Origin: an uncultured Candidatus Saccharibacteria bacterium
GTDB taxonomy: Bacteria; Patescibacteriota; Doudnabacteria; UBA920
Direction of reading: 5' to 3'
Assembly (NCBI GenBank): GCA_964483665.1
Contig: CAZACP010000001.1
Location: forward strand, 70,358 to 134,357
DNA length: 64,000 nucleotides
The notes beneath the pieces are model-generated. The model had not been told where the DNA came from and searched no databases. It was given only the letters and a program-made list of their open reading frames with translations. This document shows positions 41,789 through 51,687 of the stretch, one piece after another. Each line of letters opens with the position of its first letter. The first letter of the stretch is position 1. The position numbers and the translations under genes are program-made.

Positions 41789-43165
41789 ATGGATTCCCCT
41801 ATTACCCCTCCCCAAAATTTGGAAGCCGAAATGTCGGTTTTAGGCTGTATTATGCTCGACAACGAAGCTTTGGTTAAAATTGCCGACTTGCTTACAGCCG
41901 AAGACTTTTACGACCCTCGCCATCAGGAAATATATCAGGCCTGTGTCGAGCTGTATGAAAAAAATATGGCTATAGACGTTTTAACCGTGACTAACCGGCT
42001 TTCGGAAAAATCTTTGGTAGAAAAGGCCGGAGGCGCTTCTTACTTAAGCCAGTTGGTGGCTGCGGTGCCGACAGCCAGCCATGTGGTTAACTACGCGCTT
42101 ATAGTCAGGAAAAAAGGTTCCTTAAGGCGCTTAATTCAAAGCGCTTCAGAAATAACCTCGCTGGCTTATAAGGAAGAAGGTGAAATAGAAGACATTTTGG
42201 ACCACGCGGAACAAAAACTTTTTAATGTTTCTCAAAAACATTTGCACCAAAATTTCCAGCCGATAGTTTCTATTTTGCATTCTACTTTTGAACGCATAGA
42301 CGAACTCCACAGAGACAAAGGCAAGCTGCGAGGTGTGCCTACAGGTTATATAGATTTAGATAATCTGTTGGGAGGTTTTCAGAAATCGGACTTAATAGTC
42401 TTGGCGGCCAGGCCTTCTATGGGTAAAACTTCTTTGGCTTTAGACATAATGCGCCAGGTAGCGGTTAACCAAAAACAGGGCGTGGGCATTTTTTCTTTGG
42501 AAATGAGTAAAGACCAGTTGGTGGACAGGCTCCTTAGCTCTCAAAGCGATGTGAATTTGTGGAAAATTAGAACCGGACATTTAAAAGACGACGACTTTGA
42601 AAAAATCGGCGAAGCTATGGGCGTGCTTTCCGAAGCGCCAATATATATAGACGACTCAGCCGGCAGCAACATTATGGAAGTTAGAACCAAAGCCAGGCGG
42701 CTGCAGTCCGAACATAATGTCGGCCTTATAGTAGTAGACTATTTGCAGCTTATGGAAGGACGCAGCCAGGACAACCGCGTGCAGGAAGTTTCGGAAATTT
42801 CCCGCAGCCTTAAAATTCTAGCGCGCGAATTAAATGTGCCGGTTTTGGCTTTGTCGCAATTATCTAGAGGAGTCGAAAACCGCCCGGACAAAGTCCCCCA
42901 GCTTTCCGACCTTCGCGAGTCAGGCGCTATTGAACAGGACGCGGACGTGGTTATGTTTATTTACCGCGAAGATATGTACAAAGGCAAAGACAGCAAAAGG
43001 CCCAATATTGCCGAAATTCACGTTAAAAAGCACCGTAACGGACCAACCGGGCAGGTAGATTTGTTCTTTGACGCGGACAAAACTTCGTTTAAAAATTTAG
43101 ACAAAACATTCGATGTAAGCCCGCAAAATGTTATGGCGAGTGTAGTGCCGGAAGAACAAGGGTAA
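41789..43165 (+). CDS. dnaB: Replicative DNA helicase DnaB
   Basis: 458 aa; N-terminal DnaB domain, Walker A ARPSMGKTS, Walker B LIVVDYLQLM, arginine finger region. Confidence 0.9.
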   Translation: MDSPITPPQNLEAEMSVLGCIMLDNEALVKIADLLTAEDFYDPRHQEIYQACVELYEKNMAIDVLTVTNRLSEKSLVEKAGGASYLSQLVAAVPTASHVVNYALIVRKKGSLRRLIQSASEITSLAYKEEGEIEDILDHAEQKLFNVSQKHLHQNFQPIVSILHSTFERIDELHRDKGKLRGVPTGYIDLDNLLGGFQKSDLIVLAARPSMGKTSLALDIMRQVAVNQKQGVGIFSLEMSKDQLVDRLLSSQSDVNLWKIRTGHLKDDDFEKIGEAMGVLSEAPIYIDDSAGSNIMEVRTKARRLQSEHNVGLIVVDYLQLMEGRSQDNRVQEVSEISRSLKILARELNVPVLALSQLSRGVENRPDKVPQLSDLRESGAIEQDADVVMFIYREDMYKGKDSKRPNIAEIHVKKHRNGPTGQVDLFFDADKTSFKNLDKTFDVSPQNVMASVVPEEQG

Positions 43166-43169
43166 AATT

Positions 43170-43325
43170 ATCCTAATTAACCTAATTGACCTAATTTCTA
43201 AATAATATCCAATGACTAATTTCTAATGTCCCTATTCGGTGGTTTTAGATATTTTGATATTAGGTCTTCAAATTTATTTAGGTCAATTAGAAATTAGAAT
43301 AATTAGGTTAATTCAAAATTGTTAA
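43170..43325 (+). repeat. Second copy of the roughly 150-nt AT-rich intergenic element (see 20321-20484), between dnaB and recR
   Basis: CCTAATTAACCTAATTGACCTAATTTC ... TCCAATGACTAATTTCTAATGTC ... TATTTAGGTCAATTAGAAATTAGAATAATTAGGTTAATT. Confidence 0.8.
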
Positions 43326-43337
43326 AAGAGACAAGCA

Positions 43338-43952
43338 ATGACTAAGTTACCAAACAGTTTAAATAAATTAATTAATGAGTTATCCAAATTACCCGGCATT
43401 GGTCCCAAATCTGCCCAGCGTTTGGCGTTTTATTTATTGAAGCGCGATAACATAGATATTAATTTTTTGTCATCCGCTATTTCCAACTTAAAAGACGGCG
43501 TTACTTTCTGCAGTGTTTGTCACAATATGGTGGAAAAAGACCCGTGCGATGTATGCACAGACCCAAACCGAGACCAAGCGCTAATTTGTGTGGTTGAAGA
43601 GCCGCTTGACGCGCTTGCTATAGACAAAGGCGGCCAGTTTAAAGGCGTATTTCATGTGCTGGGAGGCGTACTTAACCCGCTTGAAGGCATAGGGCCGGAG
43701 CAGCTTAAAATAGATTCGTTAATTGAGAGAATTAGAAAAATAGAGAATGAGAGAATTAGTGAGATTATAATTGCGACTAACCCCTCACTAGAGGGCGAAA
43801 CCACGGCAATGCATTTGTCTCGAATTTTAAAACAAGCAGCGCCGGCAATAAAAATAACCCGCATAGCTAGAGGGCTTCCTAGTGGTGGCGATTTAGAATA
43901 TGCCGATGATATTACGCTAATGAGGGCAATGGAAGGGAGGAGAGAATACTAA
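43338..43952 (+). CDS. recR: Recombination protein RecR
   Basis: HhH LPGIGPKSAQRLAF, C4 zinc finger CSVCHNMVEKDPCDVC, Toprim domain; 204 aa. Confidence 0.9.
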   Translation: MTKLPNSLNKLINELSKLPGIGPKSAQRLAFYLLKRDNIDINFLSSAISNLKDGVTFCSVCHNMVEKDPCDVCTDPNRDQALICVVEEPLDALAIDKGGQFKGVFHVLGGVLNPLEGIGPEQLKIDSLIERIRKIENERISEIIIATNPSLEGETTAMHLSRILKQAAPAIKITRIARGLPSGGDLEYADDITLMRAMEGRREY

Positions 43953-43954
43953 AG

Positions 43955-43997
43955 AAATGACAAGAATGAACAAGATTGACATAAATGACAAAAATTT
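43955..43997. repeat. AATGACAA-family repeat copies
   Basis: AAATGACAAGAATGAACAAGATTGACATAAATGACAAAAATTTAAAA. The last 25 nt match 19676-19700 at 22 of 25 positions. Confidence 0.75.
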
Positions 43998-44026
43998 AAA
44001 ACCCAAGTAATAACTTGGGTTTTAAA
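43996..44026. terminator. Bidirectional intrinsic terminator between convergent recR and rplU
   Basis: aaAACCCAAGT-aata-ACTTGGGTTtt flanked by A-run and T-run. Confidence 0.75.
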
Positions 44027-44047
44027 AACTCTAAAATATTTTACCAA

Positions 44048-44350
44048 CTAGATTTTCGTTATTTCAATCTCGGTATAATGTTGACGGTGGCCTTGAGTCC
44101 TTCTGTATTTAGACTTTGCTCGGTATTTAAAAACGCGGATTTTGTCTCCCCTGCCCTGTTTTACCACCTTGCCTTCAACTGTGGAAGTTAAGTAAGGCTT
44201 GCCTAAATTTAGGTCAGTACCTGACGCGGTAAGTAAAACCTTGTCAAATTTTACGGTGGATCCGGCTTCGCCTGTCAATTTTTCAACTTGGATTTTAGTA
44301 CCTTTTTTTACGAGGTATTGTTTGCCGCCGGTTTCAATGATTGCGAACAT
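44048..44350 (-). CDS. rplU: 50S ribosomal protein L21
   Basis: MFAIIETGGKQYLVKKGTKIQVEKL...; 100 aa. Confidence 0.9.
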   Translation of the reverse strand: MFAIIETGGKQYLVKKGTKIQVEKLTGEAGSTVKFDKVLLTASGTDLNLGKPYLTSTVEGKVVKQGRGDKIRVFKYRAKSKYRRTQGHRQHYTEIEITKI

Positions 44351-44425
44351 AGAAATGTATTAAGTATTAGGAATTAAGTATTAAGGAAAATAACTGTATT
44401 ATTTTATCAAAATTTATTAAAAACG

Positions 44426-45520
44426 TCAATGTTTGTTAGGTTGGTCAAATAAATCGGGAATATGGGGGTGTTTTTGCTTGTAGACCATAACCGCGGAAAT
44501 GGCTAAAAATACCATTACACAGAGTAAAATTATTAAAGCTATAAGTTTGCCTAAGGTTTGTAAAAAGACCGCTGAAAAGCCAAAAAAAGCGCTTAAAGCC
44601 CATAAAACCCCAACAGTTTGGCGCTGAGTTAGGCCAATGTCGAGCAAGCGGTGGTGCAAATGCAGGCGGTCAGCTGAAAAAGGACTTCTATGGTACCAAA
44701 GTCTTCTCGTTATAGCCCAGGCAACGTCTAAAATCGGTATCCCCATAACCAGCAAAGCCGTGGCGATTTTGCCCCCTAAAATGACAGACAAAATGCCTAA
44801 AATAAAGCCTAAAAATGTACTGCCTGACTCACCTAAAAATATGGAGGCAGGATGAAAATTAAAGATTAAAAAACCTAAAATACTACCCGAAAAAATAATT
44901 GCCAAAGAAGCGGTTATGGGCTGGTTTATATGCGGCAAGAGCGATAGCGAGAACATAGTCAGTCCGCCGATTAAAGCTATGCCTGAGCAAAGACCGTCTA
45001 AGCCGTCTAAGAATTTTGTGGTAAAAATCATGCCCATAAGCCAGAGCCAGACGAAGAGCGAGGAAATTGATAATTGATAACTGATAATTGATAGCTTAAA
45101 ATCCAGGGGTATTGGTGAGCCTAACGGGTTCGAAATTTGGGTAATGCCAGAACCTATTCCGGCCGTAACTGCAATTAAAGAAGCTAGTGCGGGAAAAAGC
45201 CACAAAACTTTTGGCGGCAAATTATATTTGTCGTCCAAAAAACCTCCTAAGGCTAAAACCAGGCCGCCGAGTAAAATAGCTACAAAAAATTTAAGCGGAA
45301 TAACGCTAAAATTTGGCTGGGAGATTTTTAAATACACTATTACCGACAAAGCAAAAGAAAAAAATATAGCCAAGCCCCCAAGCAAAAGAGTCGGCGCGGT
45401 ATGAATTTTTCTTTTGCCGGGCAGGTCAAAAATTCTTAAACGCAAAGCAAAGCGTTTTGCTAAAAGTGTAAACAAAACGGAAAAACCGAACGCCAAAGAA
45501 AAGTAAAGTAAATATTGCAT
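44426..45520 (-). CDS. Polyprenyl-phosphate N-acetylhexosamine-1-phosphate transferase family protein (MraY/WecA/TagO, glycosyltransferase family 4)
   Basis: Start taken at MQYLLYFSL; about 10 TM helices; the conserved DGLDGL motif (KFLDGLDGLCSG) and the overall MraY-like topology. Confidence 0.75.
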   Translation of the reverse strand: MQYLLYFSLAFGFSVLFTLLAKRFALRLRIFDLPGKRKIHTAPTLLLGGLAIFFSFALSVIVYLKISQPNFSVIPLKFFVAILLGGLVLALGGFLDDKYNLPPKVLWLFPALASLIAVTAGIGSGITQISNPLGSPIPLDFKLSIISYQLSISSLFVWLWLMGMIFTTKFLDGLDGLCSGIALIGGLTMFSLSLLPHINQPITASLAIIFSGSILGFLIFNFHPASIFLGESGSTFLGFILGILSVILGGKIATALLVMGIPILDVAWAITRRLWYHRSPFSADRLHLHHRLLDIGLTQRQTVGVLWALSAFFGFSAVFLQTLGKLIALIILLCVMVFLAISAVMVYKQKHPHIPDLFDQPNKH

Positions 45521-45522
45521 AA

Positions 45523-47169
45523 TTAATTTTTTCCCATCCCCTTCATTAAAAGCCCGGTGTGTTCGCCTTTTCTGGCTTTCGGAGTTACCCAAAATTCTAA
45601 ATATTTACCAAACATAAGTCGGGTTTGCGCTTCAACTGCCGGCAGGCTGCCAAAAACCACTTCCGAAACGGGAACAAAAAACCATTGCAAATACATAGAA
45701 ACAGTTTTCCATTTGCCGTATTTGGCCGGCCTTTTGGGCAAAAGCACAAAGTTAATGTATACGCTAATTATTAAAAACAAAAGTGCAATATTCATTAAGG
45801 TCTTGGTGACGGTGGGCAAATTAAACGCGGCCACTGAGTTAATAAATTCATTTCCGCCAATAACCAAAGGCAGCCAGCCTAAAGTGGCTATCATAATACT
45901 GGCCGTGGCCCAATGGAAATTTTGCTCCCAGTACTGGAATAGTTTGTAGACTTTGTCATGCAAAGGCGCTTTGCTTTTTATAACCGGCCAAATTAAGTGC
46001 GGCCAGTATTCCACATTGTAAGCCCAGCGACGTTTTTGTTTATACTGATTTTTTAAGGTTTGCCAGGTTGTTTCGGCCAAGCAGGTATCTAAGCTTACGG
46101 GTATAAACAAGGGCGCGACTTTGTAGTCGCCGTTGTAATGCAAATAGCATTGCCAATACACAAAACCGTCTTCGTTAACAATGTCTTTTTTCCAAAAACC
46201 AATATCCATTAGCGCCTTTAAAGTCATAGTATGGGAAGAAAAAGTCCTTAAGCGGTCGGGGCGGCTGCTTTCAGAAAACTGCCAAAACGAATTGGAAACC
46301 GAAACTAAACGCACTATTGCGGGGGTGTCCCAAATATTGTTGTTATAAATGGCAATGGGTTGGTAGCTGGTTTGGTAAGGTTTTTCTGCGGTTAAAAATT
46401 CGTACATAACTCGGGCAAAGTACTGAGGATGCACAACGGTATCTGAATCAAAATTTGAAACCAAAATTTGATCCGTGGTTAGACTTAAATTTTTTAGCTC
46501 CGGCAGAATAGATTCAACCGCGTAACTGGCATTGGCGCTTTTGCCCTTTATTTCGCCGGGCAGTCCGTCCGGGTGAACCGTAATAAAAATTTTGTAAAAG
46601 CTGTTTGAATAATTTTGTTTTATTTGGTCGGCAATTTTTAGGGCATTTTCCCCGGCTCTTTCTTCGGCTGCCAGCAATAAAATAAGCTTGTCTTTCGGGT
46701 AATTCGCGCCGGCTAGGGAGGCAATGCTTGAATTTAAAACTTCGTAGCTTTCACTAACAAACGGAATTAGAATTAAATGAAAAAAATGCTCGTAGTTGCC
46801 CGGATTTTTTTTTAGGGCTTGTAATTTTTCAAGCTTAATAATTTCTTTTTGAATAAATTTTGTAGCGGCTTTGCTCGGAAATTTTTGTTGTCTTAAAAAG
46901 CCGATAAATTTTTCCAAATCGTCCAGCTTTTTGACATAGGTTAACCAGTCAATTTTTAAGCAGGCGCGGAATTTTTTATAGCTGGAAATTAAGTGGCTTG
47001 CCACATTTATTGCTTTCAGTATCCAGTAAATATCAAAACAAATTATAAAGACCGCGGCCCAGGTGGGTTTAAAATACGAAAGCAGCAAAGCGCCAATAAA
47101 AACACTCCAGAGCTGAAGCCCCGGAATTATTTCCCAAAATCTTTCTGCTGCGGTTCTCTGCCTGAACAT
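45523..47169 (-). CDS. Family 2 glycosyltransferase, membrane-embedded processive type (cellulose/chitin-synthase-like)
   Basis: 548 aa; GT-A core with D,D,D and the QxxRW motif (YKQKRRWAYN); TM helices at both termini. Confidence 0.75.
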   Translation of the reverse strand: MFRQRTAAERFWEIIPGLQLWSVFIGALLLSYFKPTWAAVFIICFDIYWILKAINVASHLISSYKKFRACLKIDWLTYVKKLDDLEKFIGFLRQQKFPSKAATKFIQKEIIKLEKLQALKKNPGNYEHFFHLILIPFVSESYEVLNSSIASLAGANYPKDKLILLLAAEERAGENALKIADQIKQNYSNSFYKIFITVHPDGLPGEIKGKSANASYAVESILPELKNLSLTTDQILVSNFDSDTVVHPQYFARVMYEFLTAEKPYQTSYQPIAIYNNNIWDTPAIVRLVSVSNSFWQFSESSRPDRLRTFSSHTMTLKALMDIGFWKKDIVNEDGFVYWQCYLHYNGDYKVAPLFIPVSLDTCLAETTWQTLKNQYKQKRRWAYNVEYWPHLIWPVIKSKAPLHDKVYKLFQYWEQNFHWATASIMIATLGWLPLVIGGNEFINSVAAFNLPTVTKTLMNIALLFLIISVYINFVLLPKRPAKYGKWKTVSMYLQWFFVPVSEVVFGSLPAVEAQTRLMFGKYLEFWVTPKARKGEHTGLLMKGMGKN

Positions 47170-47177
47170 ATAAAATT

Positions 47178-47516
47178 TTAATTCGCCCTAATAATTAATA
47201 TTAAAGCAAATAAAAGCACTAATTGAATTATTAGGCTCATACCGGCTAAAAGGGGGGAATAAAACATACGAGTCATTTTTGTCAGTCTGAAAAAAATATA
47301 GTTTAGGGAGCATAAAAAAAACGCGGCAGCCGGTATTATGTATAACTTATTCGCCTGACCGTAATTGTCGACGCCCAGTATTACGTTGTAGTGAAGTACT
47401 ATAGTTTTTTCGGGTTGTCCGCCAATTTTGAAATAAACCAACAAAAGTGCTATAATATTTACAATAATACTCAGCGCCCAAAGAAACCAAACTTTTTTAA
47501 AAATTCCTAAAAACAT
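47178..47516 (-). CDS. Small integral membrane protein (3 TM)
   Basis: 112-aa hydrophobic ORF immediately downstream of the GT2 gene. Confidence 0.4.
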   Translation of the reverse strand: MFLGIFKKVWFLWALSIIVNIIALLLVYFKIGGQPEKTIVLHYNVILGVDNYGQANKLYIIPAAAFFLCSLNYIFFRLTKMTRMFYSPLLAGMSLIIQLVLLFALILIIRAN

Positions 47517-47622
47517 GGTCTAATTATAGCTTTTTCCGGCTTTTTTAACAATGCCGGATATAAGCCTTAAGGCACTTAGCTTTTTTGCAAATAAAGCAAA
47601 TAATCCATAATTCGAGTCTGGA

Positions 47623-49488
47623 ATGTCGCCAAAACAAAAATTTTTACTTTTTTTAATTCTGCTTTTAACTATATTTTTTAGGTTTTTCTTAATTCGCCAA
47701 ATGCCGGGCGGACTTTTTCCTGACATGGCTGCGAATGGTTTAGATATAAACCTAATGCAGCAAGGGCAGTTACAGCCTTTTTATGAGCGCGGCAATGGCC
47801 GTGAAGCCCTATTTTTTTATATGGAGTGGGCCAGTGTTGCTTTGTTTGGCAAAGGCGTGTGGCAATTTAGCATAGTCCCCGCTTTGGTTGGCACGCTTTC
47901 AGTTTTAGCTTGTTTTTTTGTTACCAGGCGGCTTTTTATGATTGGCAAGGAAGAAAATAGCACTCTTAAATCCCCCACAAACCCAAGCGGGGCTTTTGCT
48001 TACGACTCGCTTGTTCCAAAAGGCCTTTCTTCGGCCTTTAGTCAGATACAGGGCAAGTTTGCGGTTTTTGACCCAAGTGAAAATTTAAAAAATCGGGCGA
48101 CGAACATTGCGTTACTGGCATCTTTTTTAATGGCAGTTTCATACTGGCATATTGTTTTGTCGCGTACCGCGTTTAGGGCGACTTTAATTCCTCTTTTTTC
48201 CGCGTTAACCATATATTTTTTGCTACGCACATATCAGGCGGTTAATTCTGGCGACCGGGTAAGAGCCGCTTTTTTTAGCGGCGCGAGTTTTGCTTTGGGT
48301 TTTTACACTTACATAGCTTTTAGGATTATGGCGCCTATTTTATTTATGGCTTTGCTCTGGCCGTTTTTGGCGACCCTTAAAACCAAAATGGTTAAAGCGG
48401 CTTTATTTAGGTACTTTATGCCCGGGTTAGCGTTTGTTTTTGCTTTTATAATTTTTATTTTCCCGTTGGCAAAATATTTTTATTCCCACCCCGGTTCTTT
48501 TGTCGGCCGAAGCGGACAGGTTAGTATTTTTAACCCAAGTTTATATCTGGTAGACGGCCAACAGCTTTCCGGAAATCAGCCCCCTGCGGTTGCCCTAAAT
48601 GTGTTTTTTGAAGTTGCCAAGGTTTCGCTCCTTGGATTTTTTACCCAGGGAGATTTAAATTGGCGCCATAATATTTCGGGCGCCCCGTTTTTGTCCCAAA
48701 TCGTGAGCCCGTTCTTTGGACTCGGGCTAGTTTTAGTTACTCTTATGGGTATTGGTTACTTTTTTATGCCAAACAAAAGGGCGGATTGGTGGAAATATTT
48801 TTTGCTTACCGGCTGGTTTTGGGGTATGCTTTTGCCGGTTGCTACGACCGCGGAAGGCATCCCGCATGGCTTAAGGGCTATTGGGCTTATTCCCCCGGTG
48901 TTCATAATTTCAGCCTGGGCAATTTATAGGTTTGCCGAATACATTAAGGCTGCCCATGAAAAAATTTGGCATCGCTGTGAAAAATGCCACGAAGAACACC
49001 TTGAGTCAGTTTCGCGTTTTTTTAGAAAAACGTTGGCGACCTGGGGTTTAAAAATTGCAGCTGTTTGTTTTTTTGTTGCTTTAATTTTGCAGAGCTACTT
49101 TTTGTATTTTGTTTACGCCTACAATAGCCCTGAAAATTTTTATTTTTTTAGAAGCGACTTAACTCCGGTGAGCGAGTATTTAATTAAGGAATGCAATAAA
49201 GACAAAACTTATTTAGTTTTAGACAAATTTTCAGTTCAAACCACCGACTATTTAACTTCGGACAGGTACGGTAATTTTAACTCCCCTTGTAATGTACCGT
49301 ACAAACAAGTTGACCCGGAAAACTCTTGGAAGCTTTCGGGACTTAAAAAGGGAGATAAAATAGTTTTTACCCAAAGCTCGATTTTCGACATTAAAAAATT
49401 TAAACAATACCACCCTAACACCAGCTTAATAAAAGAAAGCAGAAATAAATTTGGCCAGGCTGTTATGGCGGTTTATGAAGTAAATTAA
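47623..49488 (+). CDS. GT-C fold glycosyltransferase (dolichyl-phosphate-mannose protein mannosyltransferase / ArnT-like, PMT_2)
   Basis: 621 aa; N-terminal multi-TM region with the characteristic first periplasmic loop (RQMPGG..FPDMAANG), then a soluble C-terminal domain. Confidence 0.65.
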   Translation: MSPKQKFLLFLILLLTIFFRFFLIRQMPGGLFPDMAANGLDINLMQQGQLQPFYERGNGREALFFYMEWASVALFGKGVWQFSIVPALVGTLSVLACFFVTRRLFMIGKEENSTLKSPTNPSGAFAYDSLVPKGLSSAFSQIQGKFAVFDPSENLKNRATNIALLASFLMAVSYWHIVLSRTAFRATLIPLFSALTIYFLLRTYQAVNSGDRVRAAFFSGASFALGFYTYIAFRIMAPILFMALLWPFLATLKTKMVKAALFRYFMPGLAFVFAFIIFIFPLAKYFYSHPGSFVGRSGQVSIFNPSLYLVDGQQLSGNQPPAVALNVFFEVAKVSLLGFFTQGDLNWRHNISGAPFLSQIVSPFFGLGLVLVTLMGIGYFFMPNKRADWWKYFLLTGWFWGMLLPVATTAEGIPHGLRAIGLIPPVFIISAWAIYRFAEYIKAAHEKIWHRCEKCHEEHLESVSRFFRKTLATWGLKIAAVCFFVALILQSYFLYFVYAYNSPENFYFFRSDLTPVSEYLIKECNKDKTYLVLDKFSVQTTDYLTSDRYGNFNSPCNVPYKQVDPENSWKLSGLKKGDKIVFTQSSIFDIKKFKQYHPNTSLIKESRNKFGQAVMAVYEVN

Positions 49489-49489
49489 T

Positions 49490-49993
49490 ATGCAACCTCT
49501 ATCCCCCCGCACTAAAACTTATTTAATGGTCTTAGGTGTTACTTTAGCAGGAGCTGTAGCCTGCTTTGTTTTGCTTGGACAAATAAACAAGCTGCAGGAC
49601 GACAGTGAAGCTGTGGCAAATTTGCCGTTTAGAAGAAAAGAAATTAAAACGCCTGTCACAAATCAAAATGAATCGTTCATTAACGAAAGTCTTTCTTTAA
49701 AAGTAGGACAATCTTACATATTTGGCAAAAATGGCAGCACATTTAAACTGGTTTCGGTTAACGATTCCCGCTGTCCGGCAGACCCTAAAATTGCCTGCGT
49801 GTGGGCAGGTACGGTAACTGCTAAGGTTGAAGTTTCAAACAATAAAACCTTGGTCGGCATTAAGGAAGTTGAAATGAACAAAACAAGCATAATTGGCAAT
49901 TACAGCATTAATTTGGTTGAAGTTATTCCTAGCGTAAAGAATACCGACACACAAACGTCAGAATATTTGTTAAAATTTAAAATAAAAAATTAA
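49490..49993 (+). CDS. Hypothetical membrane-anchored protein (167 aa)
   Basis: Single N-terminal TM. Sits between the two GT-C genes with a 1-nt and a 3-nt gap. Confidence 0.4.
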   Translation: MQPLSPRTKTYLMVLGVTLAGAVACFVLLGQINKLQDDSEAVANLPFRRKEIKTPVTNQNESFINESLSLKVGQSYIFGKNGSTFKLVSVNDSRCPADPKIACVWAGTVTAKVEVSNNKTLVGIKEVEMNKTSIIGNYSINLVEVIPSVKNTDTQTSEYLLKFKIKN

Positions 49994-49996
49994 AAT

Positions 49997-51652
49997 ATGA
50001 ATCAAAATATGTCCCGCGGAGCGGGGTCTGCCTTTGGCGGAAAAAAATATTTACCTTTGTTTGTGATTTTAATTATTGGAACAGTTTTAAGGTTTTACCA
50101 TAACCTTGACATTTCCATTTGGCATGACGAAGCTTTTTCAGCATTGTTAGTAAAATATAATTGGAGCGAAATGCTTTACCGAATAGGTCTAGACGTACAC
50201 CCGCCTATGTATTATATTTTTCTGAAACTCTGGTCATATTTATTTAACAACGGGGCTCTGGCTTTACGCGGGTTTTCTATTTTCTTCGGTGTGGCAGGAA
50301 TTTGGGCTGCTTGGCTGTTTGTTAAAGTCGGATTTAAAAGTGAAAAAGCCGCTAACTGGTCGGCTTTGCTTATTGCTTTAAACCCATATATTATAGATTT
50401 TTCCACAGAAGCCAGAATGTATACCTTTGGAGCCTTCTTTGCGCTAATGGCCGCTTATTTTTTGGTCAAAGCCTTAGAAGAACAAAAACAGTTTAGCGAC
50501 GACCAAGGTTTGCATATGCCCAATTTGCCGAAAGACATTAGCTTACGCCGCCACTATGTTTGGCATTACCTAGCTTTTGCAATTTTTAGCGGGGTAGCCA
50601 TTCTAACTCACTACTATCTGCTTTTCACTGCCGCCGCTTTGTGTCTTTATGGTTTAATTTACCAAATTTACCATTATAGAATCAAAATAAAAAAATATTG
50701 GGAATTTTTAGCTGCTTGTGTTTTGATTGCGGTTTCATTTTTGCCCTGGCTAAAAATATTTATCTTTCAGGTGCGCCAGGTAGGTCAGGGTTATTGGATT
50801 CCGTCCATGACTATTTGGAGCATACCGGGAACTTTGTGGACAATTCTCCTCGGAGTTTACCATAACGATAGCGGCTACTATACTCAAAAAATACTTATAG
50901 CGCTTTTTTTATTCAGCATATTTTTCTTTTGGCGGTTTTTAAAAAAAACCGGTTCATGGGCGAAGTGGCTGGTCCTGCTGGCTTCCGTCTTCCCTTTTTT
51001 GGGAGCTATTGGATTTTTAATTATCGCTCAGCTTAAAGGCAGCGGAACCTCGGTGTTTCAGGAAAGATACTTTTTATACGCAGGCATATTTTACTTAATT
51101 GCTTTGTCGGTTTGGCTGTCTGAAATAAAAATAAAATGGCTCGCAGCCGGACTTTTTGTTTCTTATGCGCTTTACAACCTATACGCTTTTAACTATCATT
51201 GGCAGGGCTTGGACATAAAGAACAAGCCGGGCATGAAAGAGGCCGCAAAGTATTTGTCTGCCAATGTAGAAGCCGGGCACCATGTTTTTGTCGGAACTTC
51301 CTATGAATTTTTTAATTATAAATATTACGCCTCAACAAGCGCAAAAATTCCTGTTCGTCCCCTATTGTATACCGGCGGCAGGTCTGACATAAGCCAAATT
51401 TCTCACGTAGAGGGCGTGGCAATTTTAACCAATCAAGACTTAGCGCCGGATTTTAACGCCTTAGCCAATAAAGGCGACACAGTCTGGCTTTTATGGACGT
51501 ATGCCTTTGGTTCTAAAAGGCCCGAAGTCCCCGGTAATTGGGTTGTTATCGAGCAGGCGGAACAAAATCAAAAAGAACAGGCAAAAGAGTTTCCGGACGT
51601 CAGACCCTGGATAGGTAGCAGCATATATATTACCCAGTACAAAGTTAACTAA
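49997..51652 (+). CDS. GT-C fold glycosyltransferase (PMT/ArnT-like), second paralog
   Basis: 551 aa; multi-TM N-terminal region with the DE-containing first loop (WHDEAFSALL) typical of GT39/GT83-like enzymes. Confidence 0.65.
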   Translation: MNQNMSRGAGSAFGGKKYLPLFVILIIGTVLRFYHNLDISIWHDEAFSALLVKYNWSEMLYRIGLDVHPPMYYIFLKLWSYLFNNGALALRGFSIFFGVAGIWAAWLFVKVGFKSEKAANWSALLIALNPYIIDFSTEARMYTFGAFFALMAAYFLVKALEEQKQFSDDQGLHMPNLPKDISLRRHYVWHYLAFAIFSGVAILTHYYLLFTAAALCLYGLIYQIYHYRIKIKKYWEFLAACVLIAVSFLPWLKIFIFQVRQVGQGYWIPSMTIWSIPGTLWTILLGVYHNDSGYYTQKILIALFLFSIFFFWRFLKKTGSWAKWLVLLASVFPFLGAIGFLIIAQLKGSGTSVFQERYFLYAGIFYLIALSVWLSEIKIKWLAAGLFVSYALYNLYAFNYHWQGLDIKNKPGMKEAAKYLSANVEAGHHVFVGTSYEFFNYKYYASTSAKIPVRPLLYTGGRSDISQISHVEGVAILTNQDLAPDFNALANKGDTVWLLWTYAFGSKRPEVPGNWVVIEQAEQNQKEQAKEFPDVRPWIGSSIYITQYKVN

Positions 51653-51687
51653 GTATGAAAAATCCTCCGAAAATCGGAGGATTTTTA

